In this document: positions 34,625-44,748 of the stretch, one piece after another
Numbering within the stretch: the first letter of the stretch is position 1
How the letters are laid out: every line of letters begins with the position of its first letter
From: a virus
Taxonomy: Duplodnaviria; Caudoviricetes
DNA: 64,000 nt
Virus record (IMG/VR): IMGVR_UViG_3300033075_000428
Coordinates: 96,001 to 160,000 of that record
Direction: 5' to 3' (one strand)
Translations under genes and position numbers: made by a program
The notes under the pieces: model-generated
The model's database searches: none
Told to the model about the DNA's origin: nothing
The model's input: the letters and a program-made list of their open reading frames with translations, nothing else

Positions 34625-35575
34625 TTACGAGTTTCTGCTGAACTTCTTTTCAGTTGTAAACCTTTGAAGTATTTTAGAGCGGACATCATCATTACTCACG
34701 ATTGTGGTACAAGACACAAGTTCCTGAAACTTCTCTCTTCCAACTGACTCTGGGTCGTGTTCTCTTGGTAGGTTCACAATCCCGCAACTAACTCCTAAGT
34801 TTAGGAATTTCTGTTGATAGGTCATCTTCTGTTCCATGCTGACGTCTCCGTCTAACGCAAGCTTTACAACTCTGTACTTTCTTGCAATCAAATGAAGCTG
34901 TGTCAACGATAGAAACTTTCCGAGAAGAGCAAGTGCGGTTTTCCCAGCTGAAATAGCGGAGAAAACGCCTTCACAAATTATGGGAACTTCTTGTGAAGGG
35001 ACGAAGTCGATGTTGAAGATTACATGTGATTTATTCTCCTTTGGGTTCAGATACTTCGGCAAAGTAGAAGTATAGGAACGAGCGGAGTAATAGACACAAC
35101 GCCTGTCGGCGTTATAAAACGGAACAACGACTCTTCCCTCGAGTCTACCTAAACCAACCCTCATGTCGTAATGAGACACTGTCTCAGGACTGAATCCTCG
35201 ATATTCAGTGAGATATCGATAGGCCTCGAGACCATTCTTCACTGGATACGAAAGTTCATCTATGTTGAAGTAATGGAGTGACGTTACCTTGTGGTCAACA
35301 GCTTCCAAAAGATGCTTGAGTTCCCCTGTTGTAGCATTGGAAACCTTGTACATCTCGATGAAAGGAAATAGCTTGCTAGCCTTTCCTTTCGTACCACAAC
35401 GGTAGCAGTTGAAAAGGTCTTTCTCAATGTTGATGTAAAGATGGAACTTCGTGTCTTTACGTTTCTCTGGGGACTTGTCTATTCGAACGTGTTCACAATA
35501 TGGACAGCAGAGACGAATCTCTCCATTCGATGCTTGGAGAACTTTGCCTGTAGCGGTTAATTGCTGAAGATTCAA
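34625..35575 (-). CDS. DNA primase (Zn finger plus TOPRIM)
   Basis: CPYC...CYRC, KYLNP, ICEGVFSA, LDGD, DP. Confidence 0.88.
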   Translation of the reverse strand: MNLQQLTATGKVLQASNGEIRLCCPYCEHVRIDKSPEKRKDTKFHLYINIEKDLFNCYRCGTKGKASKLFPFIEMYKVSNATTGELKHLLEAVDHKVTSLHYFNIDELSYPVKNGLEAYRYLTEYRGFSPETVSHYDMRVGLGRLEGRVVVPFYNADRRCVYYSARSYTSTLPKYLNPKENKSHVIFNIDFVPSQEVPIICEGVFSAISAGKTALALLGKFLSLTQLHLIARKYRVVKLALDGDVSMEQKMTYQQKFLNLGVSCGIVNLPREHDPESVGREKFQELVSCTTIVSNDDVRSKILQRFTTEKKFSRNS

Positions 35576-35608
35576 GACGGATACTTTCCGAGAAGTTACT
35601 GTGTGAAC

Positions 35609-36304
35609 TTAGAAAGATTCTATGCTAGATATCGCACTCTCATATCTAGGCTTCAAGAACTGTTCGACTTCTCTTTTCCTCTCTCTCAACTCACACATAA
35701 GGTCTGGATTGATGACTGAGATAGCACCATTCGTTAACTTATTGAGTTCTCGATCACGTTGTAGACATACGTCCATTCCAGTAGTGAAGACCTTATGCAT
35801 ATGAGTGTTCCCTGAGAAGATTTCATCATAGCAGAAGTAGACAAGGTCTAGCATATCACAGAATTTCATGACTTCCCATGCGGGCTGTGTATGAGCCTTC
35901 TTCTCTTGAAGAATGTACATAGAGTATGATTTCAGTACTTCATTACCAGAGAACTGTTCGTTGACGAACCTTGTCTCAACGTCTTCTTGATAGTACTTTG
36001 AAGACTTGAATGGATAAGGAATATCCCCTACGTAAGCTTCTTCCAAATCATGAAAGAGTGAATAGCGCATGGCTGTCTCTGTGTTAATCTTCGGACAATT
36101 GGACAGAGACTCTAACTCTTCAGGTTCGCATTCTGCTATCTTTTCTCGTAACCGTTTGTTATAGTCATCACAAATCATCATCGTGAGCATTGTCACTCGA
36201 TACGAGTGGTCTGCAACATTTTGCTCTTTGTTGTTACGGAGATTAGAAAATCGGTTGATGTTCGATAACGTCTGAATGACGCTGAAAGCACTATCGATGC
36301 TCAT
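35609..36304 (-). CDS. HD-domain 5'-deoxynucleotidase (YfbR-like)
   Basis: RF...QNVADHSYRV, HDLEE..GDIP.P.K, K.CD.LD. Confidence 0.85.
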   Translation of the reverse strand: MSIDSAFSVIQTLSNINRFSNLRNNKEQNVADHSYRVTMLTMMICDDYNKRLREKIAECEPEELESLSNCPKINTETAMRYSLFHDLEEAYVGDIPYPFKSSKYYQEDVETRFVNEQFSGNEVLKSYSMYILQEKKAHTQPAWEVMKFCDMLDLVYFCYDEIFSGNTHMHKVFTTGMDVCLQRDRELNKLTNGAISVINPDLMCELRERKREVEQFLKPRYESAISSIESF

Positions 36305-36759
36305 TACATATCCTCTTGTTCTCCTTCACCACCCATTGGTGAAAAGAGACTCTGGACAACTTGGGCTAAGCCCAATTCATACAGTGTCTTGGCTTCCAAT
36401 GGGTCAGAAAAATTTGCCTCTACGGAGAACGAGCCATCCTCAATACGGTTAACTGTCACCATAGCAAAGCCTGTTGCAGTGCTCAAAGTTTTAAGAGCGG
36501 CTGCAATCGCTTCTGAATTGGTGGTGACACCCTCACTCCCGACAAGAATACCAGACAAGTGACTTGGTTCTTCTTGAACAGTAGGTTCGGCAGTGGCTTG
36601 CTTACGCTGACGGAGTGACTTCTTGCCAGAAGTGCTGTCAGTGATGAATGCTGCTATGAACACTACAGTACCTAATACAAAAAGGAGCAGTACTGCAAAC
36701 CCACAAAAATGCCAGAAGGATTGAAAGATGAACTGTAAGATATCCATGTATTGCTCCAA
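36304..36759 (-). CDS. single-TM hypothetical protein
   Basis: ILQFIFQSFWHFCG N-terminal TM pattern. Confidence 0.6.
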   Translation of the reverse strand: MEQYMDILQFIFQSFWHFCGFAVLLLFVLGTVVFIAAFITDSTSGKKSLRQRKQATAEPTVQEEPSHLSGILVGSEGVTTNSEAIAAALKTLSTATGFAMVTVNRIEDGSFSVEANFSDPLEAKTLYELGLAQVVQSLFSPMGGEGEQEDM

Positions 36760-36763
36760 ATAG

Positions 36764-36827
36764 ATAATGGTTCTTCTGAAGTGAACGACTTTATTTGGTT
36801 AAAGTCAGAATTCAGAAGAACCATTAT
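36764..36827. repeat. 17-bp perfect inverted repeat with inner hairpin
   Basis: ATAATGGTTCTTCTGAA...TTCAGAAGAACCATTAT. Confidence 0.75.
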
Positions 36828-36848
36828 AACTGGGAACGACTCAGTCAG

Positions 36849-38375
36849 TTAGTATGTTGGGTGTGTAATTCGGTCATCCTCTTGGAATAACGAAGTTTCC
36901 CTGTCAACGCGCAATGGTACATGCTTGTTTTCAATACCCTTACGCATCTTTGCAGTATACAATCGCATCGTACCGTTTGCTGCTTCTTCTGCTGTTTGGT
37001 TAAGCGAGATGACACCGTGTGCAATGTGAACCTTCTTTGAAGACTCAGCAAGGTGACGCTTAACGATTGTGTCAACTTCCCAAGCTTCAACCTTTGGTTG
37101 AGAAGCACTCAACATGGCAGAGTTGTATTCCTTTGACAAGGCAACCAAGTCAGCATAAATAGTACCACCATCATCGTACAATGAACCCTTTGTACCTGTT
37201 GATGGAAGCATGTTGTCAGCGTAGTCAACGATAATCAAATCAGGTCGGAAGTGGAAGGTGTTCCGAAGTCTTGAAAGGTGAGAACGGAGAGCATTTACAC
37301 TGACAGTACCAGGGTCAAAGTACTTGATGTGTAGCTTCTTACTAAACGTACTAATTTGGTGCATCCAGCTTTCAAACTCAGCTGGAGCCATATTCAATAG
37401 CATCTCGTGCTTGAGTCCTGTCAATCGTGAAATGACCTTAAATAGGATCTCCTCCTCTGGAACTTCAAGCGAGTAAAATACAACATTGCGTCCTTGAATC
37501 ATATTCGCGGCTGCAATGTTTGCTAGCAACGTAGTCTTGCCACGTCCTGGAGGAGCAACCAGTACGTACAAGAACTTCCGATACATTCCACCGAGGAGAT
37601 ACTTATCAAGTGTTGGGAATGACGTAGTCAGGGTGTTTTCAGGAGAGTATTCTTCGCGATAAAGACGCTGGAGCTTCAGGTAGTCGTTTTCAAAGCTCAG
37701 GCCAAGGTCTACCTCAAATCCAGAGTTGACCGCCTTCTCAACAAGTGCTATAGAGCTTTCAAGGTTTTCGTCTTTGTCAAGAAGGTCAACGATTTTGAGT
37801 ACTGCGTTCTTAATATTCTGGCGTTGTGCAAATCGAAGAACCTTATTCTTGATGAAAGCAATGTCGTCAAGATCCATGCTGTAGATGTCTTCAATCGTCG
37901 TGAGCATGGTATAGACTGCTTCTTCATTCATCTTCCCAATCTTGGCTTGGTCAACCAAATGGGAGTTTAGATTCGCCTTGTCTGGAATTTGCCGATACGT
38001 ATTGTAGTACTGAATGATGTTCTTGTAAATGAACTGGTAGTAGAAGGACTCAAAGTACGACGGCTTGACAAGGTCGGAACCAAAGAGACAAAGGAACTGT
38101 TGGTCTCTCACTGTCATTGACAGAATCTTCTTCTGAAACTCCATCGAATAGTCGAACTTTGTTTCAGGCATCTGGTCACTCGTCATCGTTGGTGCGGTAT
38201 AGGGCAACGTCGGAGTAACTGTTGTCGACTCAGGTGAGATGATTGGCGACCCAATTTGGGTGATGTTGAATCCAGCTATTGGTTGAGGGGCGGACGCAAC
38301 TGATTGGGCGAATTGTTCTTGGATGAAACCTTGTTCTAGTTCCTGTAGCGTTTGGTCAGTCATTTCTTCAAGCAT
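36849..38375 (-). CDS. dnaB: DnaB-like replicative helicase
   Basis: APPGRGKT, SLEV, IIVDYAD, SASQ, AES..K, KMRKG. Confidence 0.9.
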   Translation of the reverse strand: MLEEMTDQTLQELEQGFIQEQFAQSVASAPQPIAGFNITQIGSPIISPESTTVTPTLPYTAPTMTSDQMPETKFDYSMEFQKKILSMTVRDQQFLCLFGSDLVKPSYFESFYYQFIYKNIIQYYNTYRQIPDKANLNSHLVDQAKIGKMNEEAVYTMLTTIEDIYSMDLDDIAFIKNKVLRFAQRQNIKNAVLKIVDLLDKDENLESSIALVEKAVNSGFEVDLGLSFENDYLKLQRLYREEYSPENTLTTSFPTLDKYLLGGMYRKFLYVLVAPPGRGKTTLLANIAAANMIQGRNVVFYSLEVPEEEILFKVISRLTGLKHEMLLNMAPAEFESWMHQISTFSKKLHIKYFDPGTVSVNALRSHLSRLRNTFHFRPDLIIVDYADNMLPSTGTKGSLYDDGGTIYADLVALSKEYNSAMLSASQPKVEAWEVDTIVKRHLAESSKKVHIAHGVISLNQTAEEAANGTMRLYTAKMRKGIENKHVPLRVDRETSLFQEDDRITHPTY

Positions 38376-39930
38376 TTTGTGGTTCCAAAGTTGTCTCTTG
38401 CCGTGCGTTCACAAGAGATGTGATAAACGTTCCTAACTCTTCCATTCCAGAATAGACCTTGTACGAGTGTCTCAAGTATGATTCCTTGCGAAGCTCTGAG
38501 TGCTTGCGAAGATATGCATGATGAGTGTCATTGAAGTCAATGATGTAGACTCGAGAAGTAGTTGCGCTCTTCGTCAGTGCACGTGCTGGACGTTGAATGT
38601 TCTTTACTTCCGATTTACCACCAGCACCCATGAGGATAATACCATCAAGCGTTGGTAGGTCACGACCTTCGTCAAATACACTCGAACCTATGAGAACCTT
38701 ATAACGTTTCTCAGCAAACCAAGACTCATATGGAAAGTCTTCTGGATACTGAATATACTTTTTCTTGTCGTGTGTGAACGTAGAGACAGCAAAGTCCTCT
38801 TGTAATTCTTTGTACAGTTCAGGAGTGTACGCTGATAGAATGCCAAATTTTGCTGAGACGAAAATTGTCTCTGGTATGTCTTCTGCAATCAACTCGAGTA
38901 GCTTGAATCCATGCTCTAGACGTACAACGGACAATAAAGTAGAGAAGTCTAGCTGGGAAAGGCGAATTGCTAGTTTTGAAGCAAGTACATTACGCTCTTG
39001 GTTCTTGACGATGAACCTATTGTATACTTTGTGGTAGTCTTCCATAAAGTATGTTGGCAATGAACTCATCTGGTAATTCAGGAAGAAGACATTGGGTTCA
39101 GCGATGAATCCTTTGTCAATCAGAAACTGAGTTGTGACCTGCATGATAACTTGATGAAAGTATCCAAGCAACACTGCGTCTGATGGGTTTTCAAGATTTG
39201 CCTGACCACCACGAAAGGGTGTACCGCTAACACCAATGGTGTATTCAGTATGAGAACAGCGTTCTGCCAGAAACTGGTAACTGTCTGAACCAAGATGGTG
39301 TACTTCGTCGATGATGATGCAGTTGATTTTGTCGAAGAACTCTTCATACTGCTCATCACGAGCCATGTTGTAAAGTGTATCTATGATGCCAACAAACACC
39401 TTATTCTTCACTTCTTTCTTACCGTCACCAAGCTTACCAACGCTTTCTACCCCACGGAGTATTAAACGATCATATGTCTGGTGCATGAGCATCTTGTCAG
39501 GAACAACAATCAGAATGTTCCCCTTGAACTCATCCTTATGTGTTAGAATCTTCGTTAGCCCTGCGAAAACCTCAGTCTTACCACCACGTGTAGGTATCCA
39601 AAGTATGCCACGCTTCCACATTAAGCACTTACGTATTGCGTTCGATTGGTACTCTCGCATTGAGATACCATCAAGCAAATCAACTGGCACTGCTTCAACG
39701 TTTGTGTCTGGCTTTGTTCGCTTGTCCTTTACAGTAATGAAGTCCAAGTCCTCGAGCAGTGGCATCAATCCTGAGAGGAACATTGGATATTTGCCATCCT
39801 TAACGAACTCCGTTGTAACCACATCATCACGAACCATTTCGTGAAGCGTCAACCTGGACTTGACTAATCCAAGCTCTTCCTGGGAGAAAGAAGACATCTT
39901 CGCCCAAGTATTTTCAACTGTGATTTTCAT
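38368..39930 (-). CDS. SF2 DEAH helicase (UvsW-like)
   Basis: REYQ, PTRGGKT, DEVH, SGTP, EGRDLP, Q..AR. Confidence 0.88.
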   Translation of the reverse strand: MKITVENTWAKMSSFSQEELGLVKSRLTLHEMVRDDVVTTEFVKDGKYPMFLSGLMPLLEDLDFITVKDKRTKPDTNVEAVPVDLLDGISMREYQSNAIRKCLMWKRGILWIPTRGGKTEVFAGLTKILTHKDEFKGNILIVVPDKMLMHQTYDRLILRGVESVGKLGDGKKEVKNKVFVGIIDTLYNMARDEQYEEFFDKINCIIIDEVHHLGSDSYQFLAERCSHTEYTIGVSGTPFRGGQANLENPSDAVLLGYFHQVIMQVTTQFLIDKGFIAEPNVFFLNYQMSSLPTYFMEDYHKVYNRFIVKNQERNVLASKLAIRLSQLDFSTLLSVVRLEHGFKLLELIAEDIPETIFVSAKFGILSAYTPELYKELQEDFAVSTFTHDKKKYIQYPEDFPYESWFAEKRYKVLIGSSVFDEGRDLPTLDGIILMGAGGKSEVKNIQRPARALTKSATTSRVYIIDFNDTHHAYLRKHSELRKESYLRHSYKVYSGMEELGTFITSLVNARQETTLEPQNA

Positions 39931-39953
39931 GCGGACTCGCTAGTGGGAGGCAA

Positions 39954-40745
39954 TCAAGACTGAGACATGATGTCTCTTTGATGGTTAAGCTTGTCAGACA
40001 ACAAGTTGTTGTACACTAAGTATGACAAGCGAACCAATGACGCAGACAGTTTCTCATTCTCACAAACAGGGAACACTACAGCATGCTGAGAAATCAATGG
40101 TTGTTCTGACGATGAACTAAACTTGTGATAGAGTTCTTCATACTTCAATAGGATACGCTTCCTGTCTTGTATCTTTAGGTTGTCTAGCTCATCAATATTC
40201 TCACGTTCACTTGAGAACTTCGGATACAAGTTTGAGTCTACAAAGAACACAGTAAGATGTGGAGTTGGTGGTTGAATCAACTTGTATTCAACAGACCAGA
40301 TAAGCTCTTCGGGGATGTTGTTCAATGTCGTCGGGTACACTAGATTGCTAAACCAATATCGGTCGCACAATGCAACACCCTGTTGCGCAATGTGCTCAAG
40401 AATCATCGGGTATGTCAACGCATGTGACAATGCGTGTGACAGAATCTTCTGTTGAATAGTGGCGTTTGGAAGTCTGGTAATCTTGACCAGATTCATATGG
40501 TCTTGCTTGTTGGGGAAGGTGAACACCCGAGAACTAACGTTGGTAACCGTCTTGAGTGCATGTGAGAACAGCTTTACTAGTGTTGATTTCCCTAGCTTAT
40601 CAGCACCCTCGAATACGATTAGTTTTCCAGCAAATGCAGTTGGTCTCGAAAACGGTACCTGACGTTCAAGTTCTTCCAATGCAAGTTGCTCATCAATGCT
40701 AAAATACTCATTTTGAGTAAATTCGTTTGGCAAATCACTAGACAT
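39954..40745 (-). CDS. tmk: thymidylate kinase-like dNMP kinase
   Basis: IVFEGADKLGKST, FP, LCDRYWFSNLVY. Confidence 0.85.
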   Translation of the reverse strand: MSSDLPNEFTQNEYFSIDEQLALEELERQVPFSRPTAFAGKLIVFEGADKLGKSTLVKLFSHALKTVTNVSSRVFTFPNKQDHMNLVKITRLPNATIQQKILSHALSHALTYPMILEHIAQQGVALCDRYWFSNLVYPTTLNNIPEELIWSVEYKLIQPPTPHLTVFFVDSNLYPKFSSERENIDELDNLKIQDRKRILLKYEELYHKFSSSSEQPLISQHAVVFPVCENEKLSASLVRLSYLVYNNLLSDKLNHQRDIMSQS

Positions 40746-43700
40746 TTAGACTCTCTCTTTTAGGTTCAACTTAAATTCAATTTTGTCGCCAGCGTTAATG
40801 AACTGGTTCACATTGTCTACTGATTCTTCGGAAGTCGATATTTCGGTGACTTCAACATCATAGGCCATTGCAAGCCTCTTGACGATGTCTTGTAAGTCCT
40901 GTTCGAATCCTGAACCTTCCATGTGGTAAGAACCATCATCATGCTTCTCAATCTCAAGCTCACAAGCTCCACCCCAAGAAGAACCAATTTCAACGTCACA
41001 CCGTAGGGGCATTCCGTTAAGCCATTGGTAACGCTCTTGTGGAATGGTCTCCATATGGAGTTTGAAGACGTCATAAATCTGAATCAATTCCGATGGGAAT
41101 ACATCAACTTCAATTGAGTCATGAACTGTGCCTATCATCTTAGAACGTAAACCAGTATTCCAGATATGCTCTTGAATACGGAGTGTCGCATCAAACGTCA
41201 AGTCGGAGTTATGCACGAAGACACCAGAAGCAAGAGCAAAGTTGTGGTACTCATCTACGCTGATATCGTAAACACTTATCTCTTCTTTTGAAGAAATCAA
41301 TGATACTGTATCAATCTTTACTGTTTGACTACTACCCAGTTCACAAACACCAGAAAGTTCATGCCCCCTAGTCAGATTTTGAGCTTCACAATAAGTCCCA
41401 TCTGTGAGAAGAAACAAATGATCAGGCGTGCAAGTCACAGTCTGACCACTGATGAGTGATACAGAGCATAGGATGGTAACAGACGTAGTTTTTCTTGCTG
41501 AATGACCCTTCCCAAAAACTATGTTTCCAGACTTATCAGAGGATAGTACACGGAAGTCTGTGACACCGACAAGGTCTTCTATTTTTACGAAACTATGTAG
41601 TCCACCCTCTGTGATAACTATTATCTCAGTGTCACCTGTGAAACAGGATGTCGACTGAATAGGAGAATTTTGAGCTTCTCGTTCACTCTTCAACACTTCA
41701 AACTTCTGTTTTGAATCAATGGAACGAAGCCATCTTCTTCTACCGAATGGTGTTGTCACATACTTATTCGCACGAAGAAACTTATGTTGTTCGTTGATCC
41801 AAGACTTCACATTTGGAAATCCCTTGAAGAAGTAGTCAATGTACGTCTGTGCTTCATCTATGGAGATTCCTAGTTCCTCAGAGAGTGACTTGGATTGCTT
41901 ACCGTAGAGAATGCCGAACACAACAGCCTTCGCACTCTTACGCTCTTTCTTCGAGACTTGCTCAACAGGCTTATTGAAGATTCGTCCAGCAGTTAGTGCG
42001 TGAACGTCTAGTCCCTCTTTGTATGCAGAGATGAATCCATCGTCATTTGCTAGAGCACCGATGACACGTACTTCAAGCTGTGAATAGTCAGCCGCCATAA
42101 TCAGACCACCAGTTTCAGCGAACCGCGATGACACAAGACGCTTAACGTCAGTGTTCCCTGAAGGAAGTGTATGGAAGTAACTCGACAGTCTTCCTGTTGC
42201 AGTGCCGATGACGTTGTAGTCAGGTAGGTACATCCCAGTTTCAGGGTGTAGACTCTCAGGTTCTGACAACGGCTCAAGATATGTTGACAGAATCTTGACG
42301 AGGCCACGTAAGCTAGATATGATTTGAGCTATCTTCTTGGCTTCACGAGAGACTCGAATGTCATCAGTCTTGAGAATTATCTGGAGTGCTGACTCAGCCA
42401 CAGAAGGTTTGTTTCCTTCTGTCATCTCGACAACAGGACAGTGGAGATAATTTGGCGAGTAGAACAGTTCCTGAAGTTGTAACAAGCTATTTGGGTTGAA
42501 TTCAAACTTCTTCTTTTCAGCTGTCTTGTTTACAATGAAGGTTTCAACAGTCGGTAGTTTCTTTAGACCTTCACGGAAAAACTCAATGTTCTCTGTATAC
42601 TTCGTTATGAGAACATCTCGTTGAGCCCAATCAATCTGAATTCCTTCTGTTTCCAGTGCAATGAATACAGGGATGCTTCGTAGAAGGAACTGATAGCCAT
42701 CGGTCTTGTACTCCCTCATTCTCTTGTCAAGAGCCTCGAATAACAACAACGTTGCTATAGCATCCAATGCACCGTATGTTGAAATCGTTGTGTACTTAAC
42801 GTTGAAGAAGTGTCGGTCTTTTTTCAGTCGATGGCTGTTCAATTGCTCGTGTAAGTCTTTCTCCCATGTCATGTCGAATCCGAGCACCAGACGGGAAAGG
42901 TCTTTCAGGTTTAGGTCAATGCCACTGTCTCGACGAGCACCAAAGATATAGTAGCCCATGTAAAGTGTATCGGCATAAATCTTAAAGTCCTGAATTGGAA
43001 TGTTCAAGTGCTTATGACACCACTTCAAGTCGAAGATGATGTTGTGGCCAACAATAGGTATTGTCCTGAGTATCTTCCGTACACACTGGTTAACTAAATC
43101 TGTATGCTCTACCGTGATTAGAAGTTCAGGATGTTCAACGCCAACGAAGAAACCTTCTCGTGTCTCAGGGTCGGAGAAGCAATAGCCAATAATCTTGCTG
43201 TCAGGAAGGTTCCATTCCAGATTCTTAGTCTCGATGTCGAAGACAACGTATGGGAAGTTTCCATTCTTGTATCTCGTAATTAAGTCTGTTGTGTATTCCA
43301 AAAACTCCCAAGGCTCCAGCACACGAGACTTAATCTGCGACGAGACGTCAGAAACTCCAGAGACTTTGTTGCTTATGTTCTGAAGTATCTGAATGAACTT
43401 CTCATGATAAGAGAAGTTCATCATCACGTACGTTGGAGATGGTATCGGGATAATTGGAAGTGCTAACTGTGTGCCATCTGGGAGACCAAATGACACTGGG
43501 TACTCATTGCCTGCAATTGACAAGATTCCTGACTCATTACTGGGCAGGAATAGCTTTGTGGCGGTTGAACCACAGGTAATAACATAGCGCAACGAGTTCT
43601 TAAACCGTTGAAACTCATACTGCAGGTGGGTGGAGGCACACAGTTGAACTGATTGCTCTGGTGGTGCGGCAAGCTTGCCTGAGAATACGTTCTGTCCTTC

Positions 43701-43973
43701 GTATGAGATGCACTTCGTCAGAGAAGTGAAGTATATGTCTTCTGGTTTGAATCCAACTTTAGTCAGTGAAGTGATGAGCAAATCAGCACTATCGCCAACC
43801 ATGAGTTCACCACGCTCGTCTTCTGTTCGATTTGGGGATTCTACAATCACCATTACCTTTGGTGAGAGTTGTCCTTTACCTGAAATAGCGATAGTCTTAG
43901 CGCAATTCGACAGTGCGCACCATTTTGAGGAGGAACACCGTGAAGATTCTTTCCCGACGATTGGTAAGTCCAT
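40746..43973 (-). CDS. polA: family A DNA polymerase with N-terminal UDG-like domain, 3'-5' exonuclease and mini-intein
   Basis: FDIET, GHNIIFD, TGRLSS, DYSQLE, RKSAKAVVFGILYG, VHDS. Confidence 0.93.
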   Translation of the reverse strand: MDLPIVGKESSRCSSSKWCALSNCAKTIAISGKGQLSPKVMVIVESPNRTEDERGELMVGDSADLLITSLTKVGFKPEDIYFTSLTKCISYEGQNVFSGKLAAPPEQSVQLCASTHLQYEFQRFKNSLRYVITCGSTATKLFLPSNESGILSIAGNEYPVSFGLPDGTQLALPIIPIPSPTYVMMNFSYHEKFIQILQNISNKVSGVSDVSSQIKSRVLEPWEFLEYTTDLITRYKNGNFPYVVFDIETKNLEWNLPDSKIIGYCFSDPETREGFFVGVEHPELLITVEHTDLVNQCVRKILRTIPIVGHNIIFDLKWCHKHLNIPIQDFKIYADTLYMGYYIFGARRDSGIDLNLKDLSRLVLGFDMTWEKDLHEQLNSHRLKKDRHFFNVKYTTISTYGALDAIATLLLFEALDKRMREYKTDGYQFLLRSIPVFIALETEGIQIDWAQRDVLITKYTENIEFFREGLKKLPTVETFIVNKTAEKKKFEFNPNSLLQLQELFYSPNYLHCPVVEMTEGNKPSVAESALQIILKTDDIRVSREAKKIAQIISSLRGLVKILSTYLEPLSEPESLHPETGMYLPDYNVIGTATGRLSSYFHTLPSGNTDVKRLVSSRFAETGGLIMAADYSQLEVRVIGALANDDGFISAYKEGLDVHALTAGRIFNKPVEQVSKKERKSAKAVVFGILYGKQSKSLSEELGISIDEAQTYIDYFFKGFPNVKSWINEQHKFLRANKYVTTPFGRRRWLRSIDSKQKFEVLKSEREAQNSPIQSTSCFTGDTEIIVITEGGLHSFVKIEDLVGVTDFRVLSSDKSGNIVFGKGHSARKTTSVTILCSVSLISGQTVTCTPDHLFLLTDGTYCEAQNLTRGHELSGVCELGSSQTVKIDTVSLISSKEEISVYDISVDEYHNFALASGVFVHNSDLTFDATLRIQEHIWNTGLRSKMIGTVHDSIEVDVFPSELIQIYDVFKLHMETIPQERYQWLNGMPLRCDVEIGSSWGGACELEIEKHDDGSYHMEGSGFEQDLQDIVKRLAMAYDVEVTEISTSEESVDNVNQFINAGDKIEFKLNLKERV
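41208..41645 (-). mobile_element. 146-aa mini-intein in DNA polymerase
   Basis: CFTGDTE...CTPDH...VYDISV..YHNFAL..GVFVHN/S. Confidence 0.9.
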
Positions 43974-44318
43974 TTAGCTTAGTAGTGTGGTGAGCTTGGC
44001 GACTTCTTCATATGAAGGTCGTAGACAAACAGAGTCAGTTTCAAAGTCGAGAACAATGGTGCTAGTTTCTACCCAAGGGACAACGTTGGTCTTTACGAGT
44101 AAGATGCCAACGGCTTGTTGAACAAGTTCCGTGGTGCTCCCCTTGTAGACCATTTCAATGAGCTTCCTGTCAAGGAGCGACAACGGGGAAGAATGATTGG
44201 GAATTTGGGCTAGAACTGCCTTGACGTTCTTCGCATGAGTTAATGAGTCAACGGACTCATGAAACTCTTCAACATGTGAACCAAGTGTTGACTGGTCAAG
44301 TCGCATAAATCGAGCCAA
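43974..44318 (-). CDS. hypothetical protein
   Basis: ORF abutting polymerase start. Confidence 0.55.
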   Translation of the reverse strand: MARFMRLDQSTLGSHVEEFHESVDSLTHAKNVKAVLAQIPNHSSPLSLLDRKLIEMVYKGSTTELVQQAVGILLVKTNVVPWVETSTIVLDFETDSVCLRPSYEEVAKLTTLLS

Positions 44319-44745
44319 CGTGAATCAGTAACTCAGGGTTGACATCTTTGTAGAAGATTTGGGTATTGTGCTCTTCAACGTCTTCCTCAGTCATGCGGAT
44401 TATTCCGTAGCACCCACAATGTTCAACGAAGTGAACAACATAGACGTCATCAATTGATGGGCTATGGGTCATGTCGTCAAGGTCATTTGACATCAATACC
44501 AAGTCACCAGTGAAAATGAACTCACCAGTTGTCTTGTATGGTATCTGTGTACTCGTTGAAACAAAGATTTTGTCAAAGGTATCTTGGTCTTTGAACTGTA
44601 TGCTGTCCCCTGTGATGGAAGCGAAACCCTCTTGTAATAGGTCTTCAAGTGTCTTATGAATGTAGTTGCCATCTTCAAGCAACTGGTAGAATTTATCCGA
44701 CAACGGCAAAAGTGTTTGCTCTGAACCAAGCATCAAAGACTCCAA
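44296..44745 (-). CDS. hypothetical acidic protein
   Basis: 149-aa ORF in operon. Confidence 0.55.
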   Translation of the reverse strand: MESLMLGSEQTLLPLSDKFYQLLEDGNYIHKTLEDLLQEGFASITGDSIQFKDQDTFDKIFVSTSTQIPYKTTGEFIFTGDLVLMSNDLDDMTHSPSIDDVYVVHFVEHCGCYGIIRMTEEDVEEHNTQIFYKDVNPELLIHVGSIYAT

Positions 44746-44748
44746 GGT

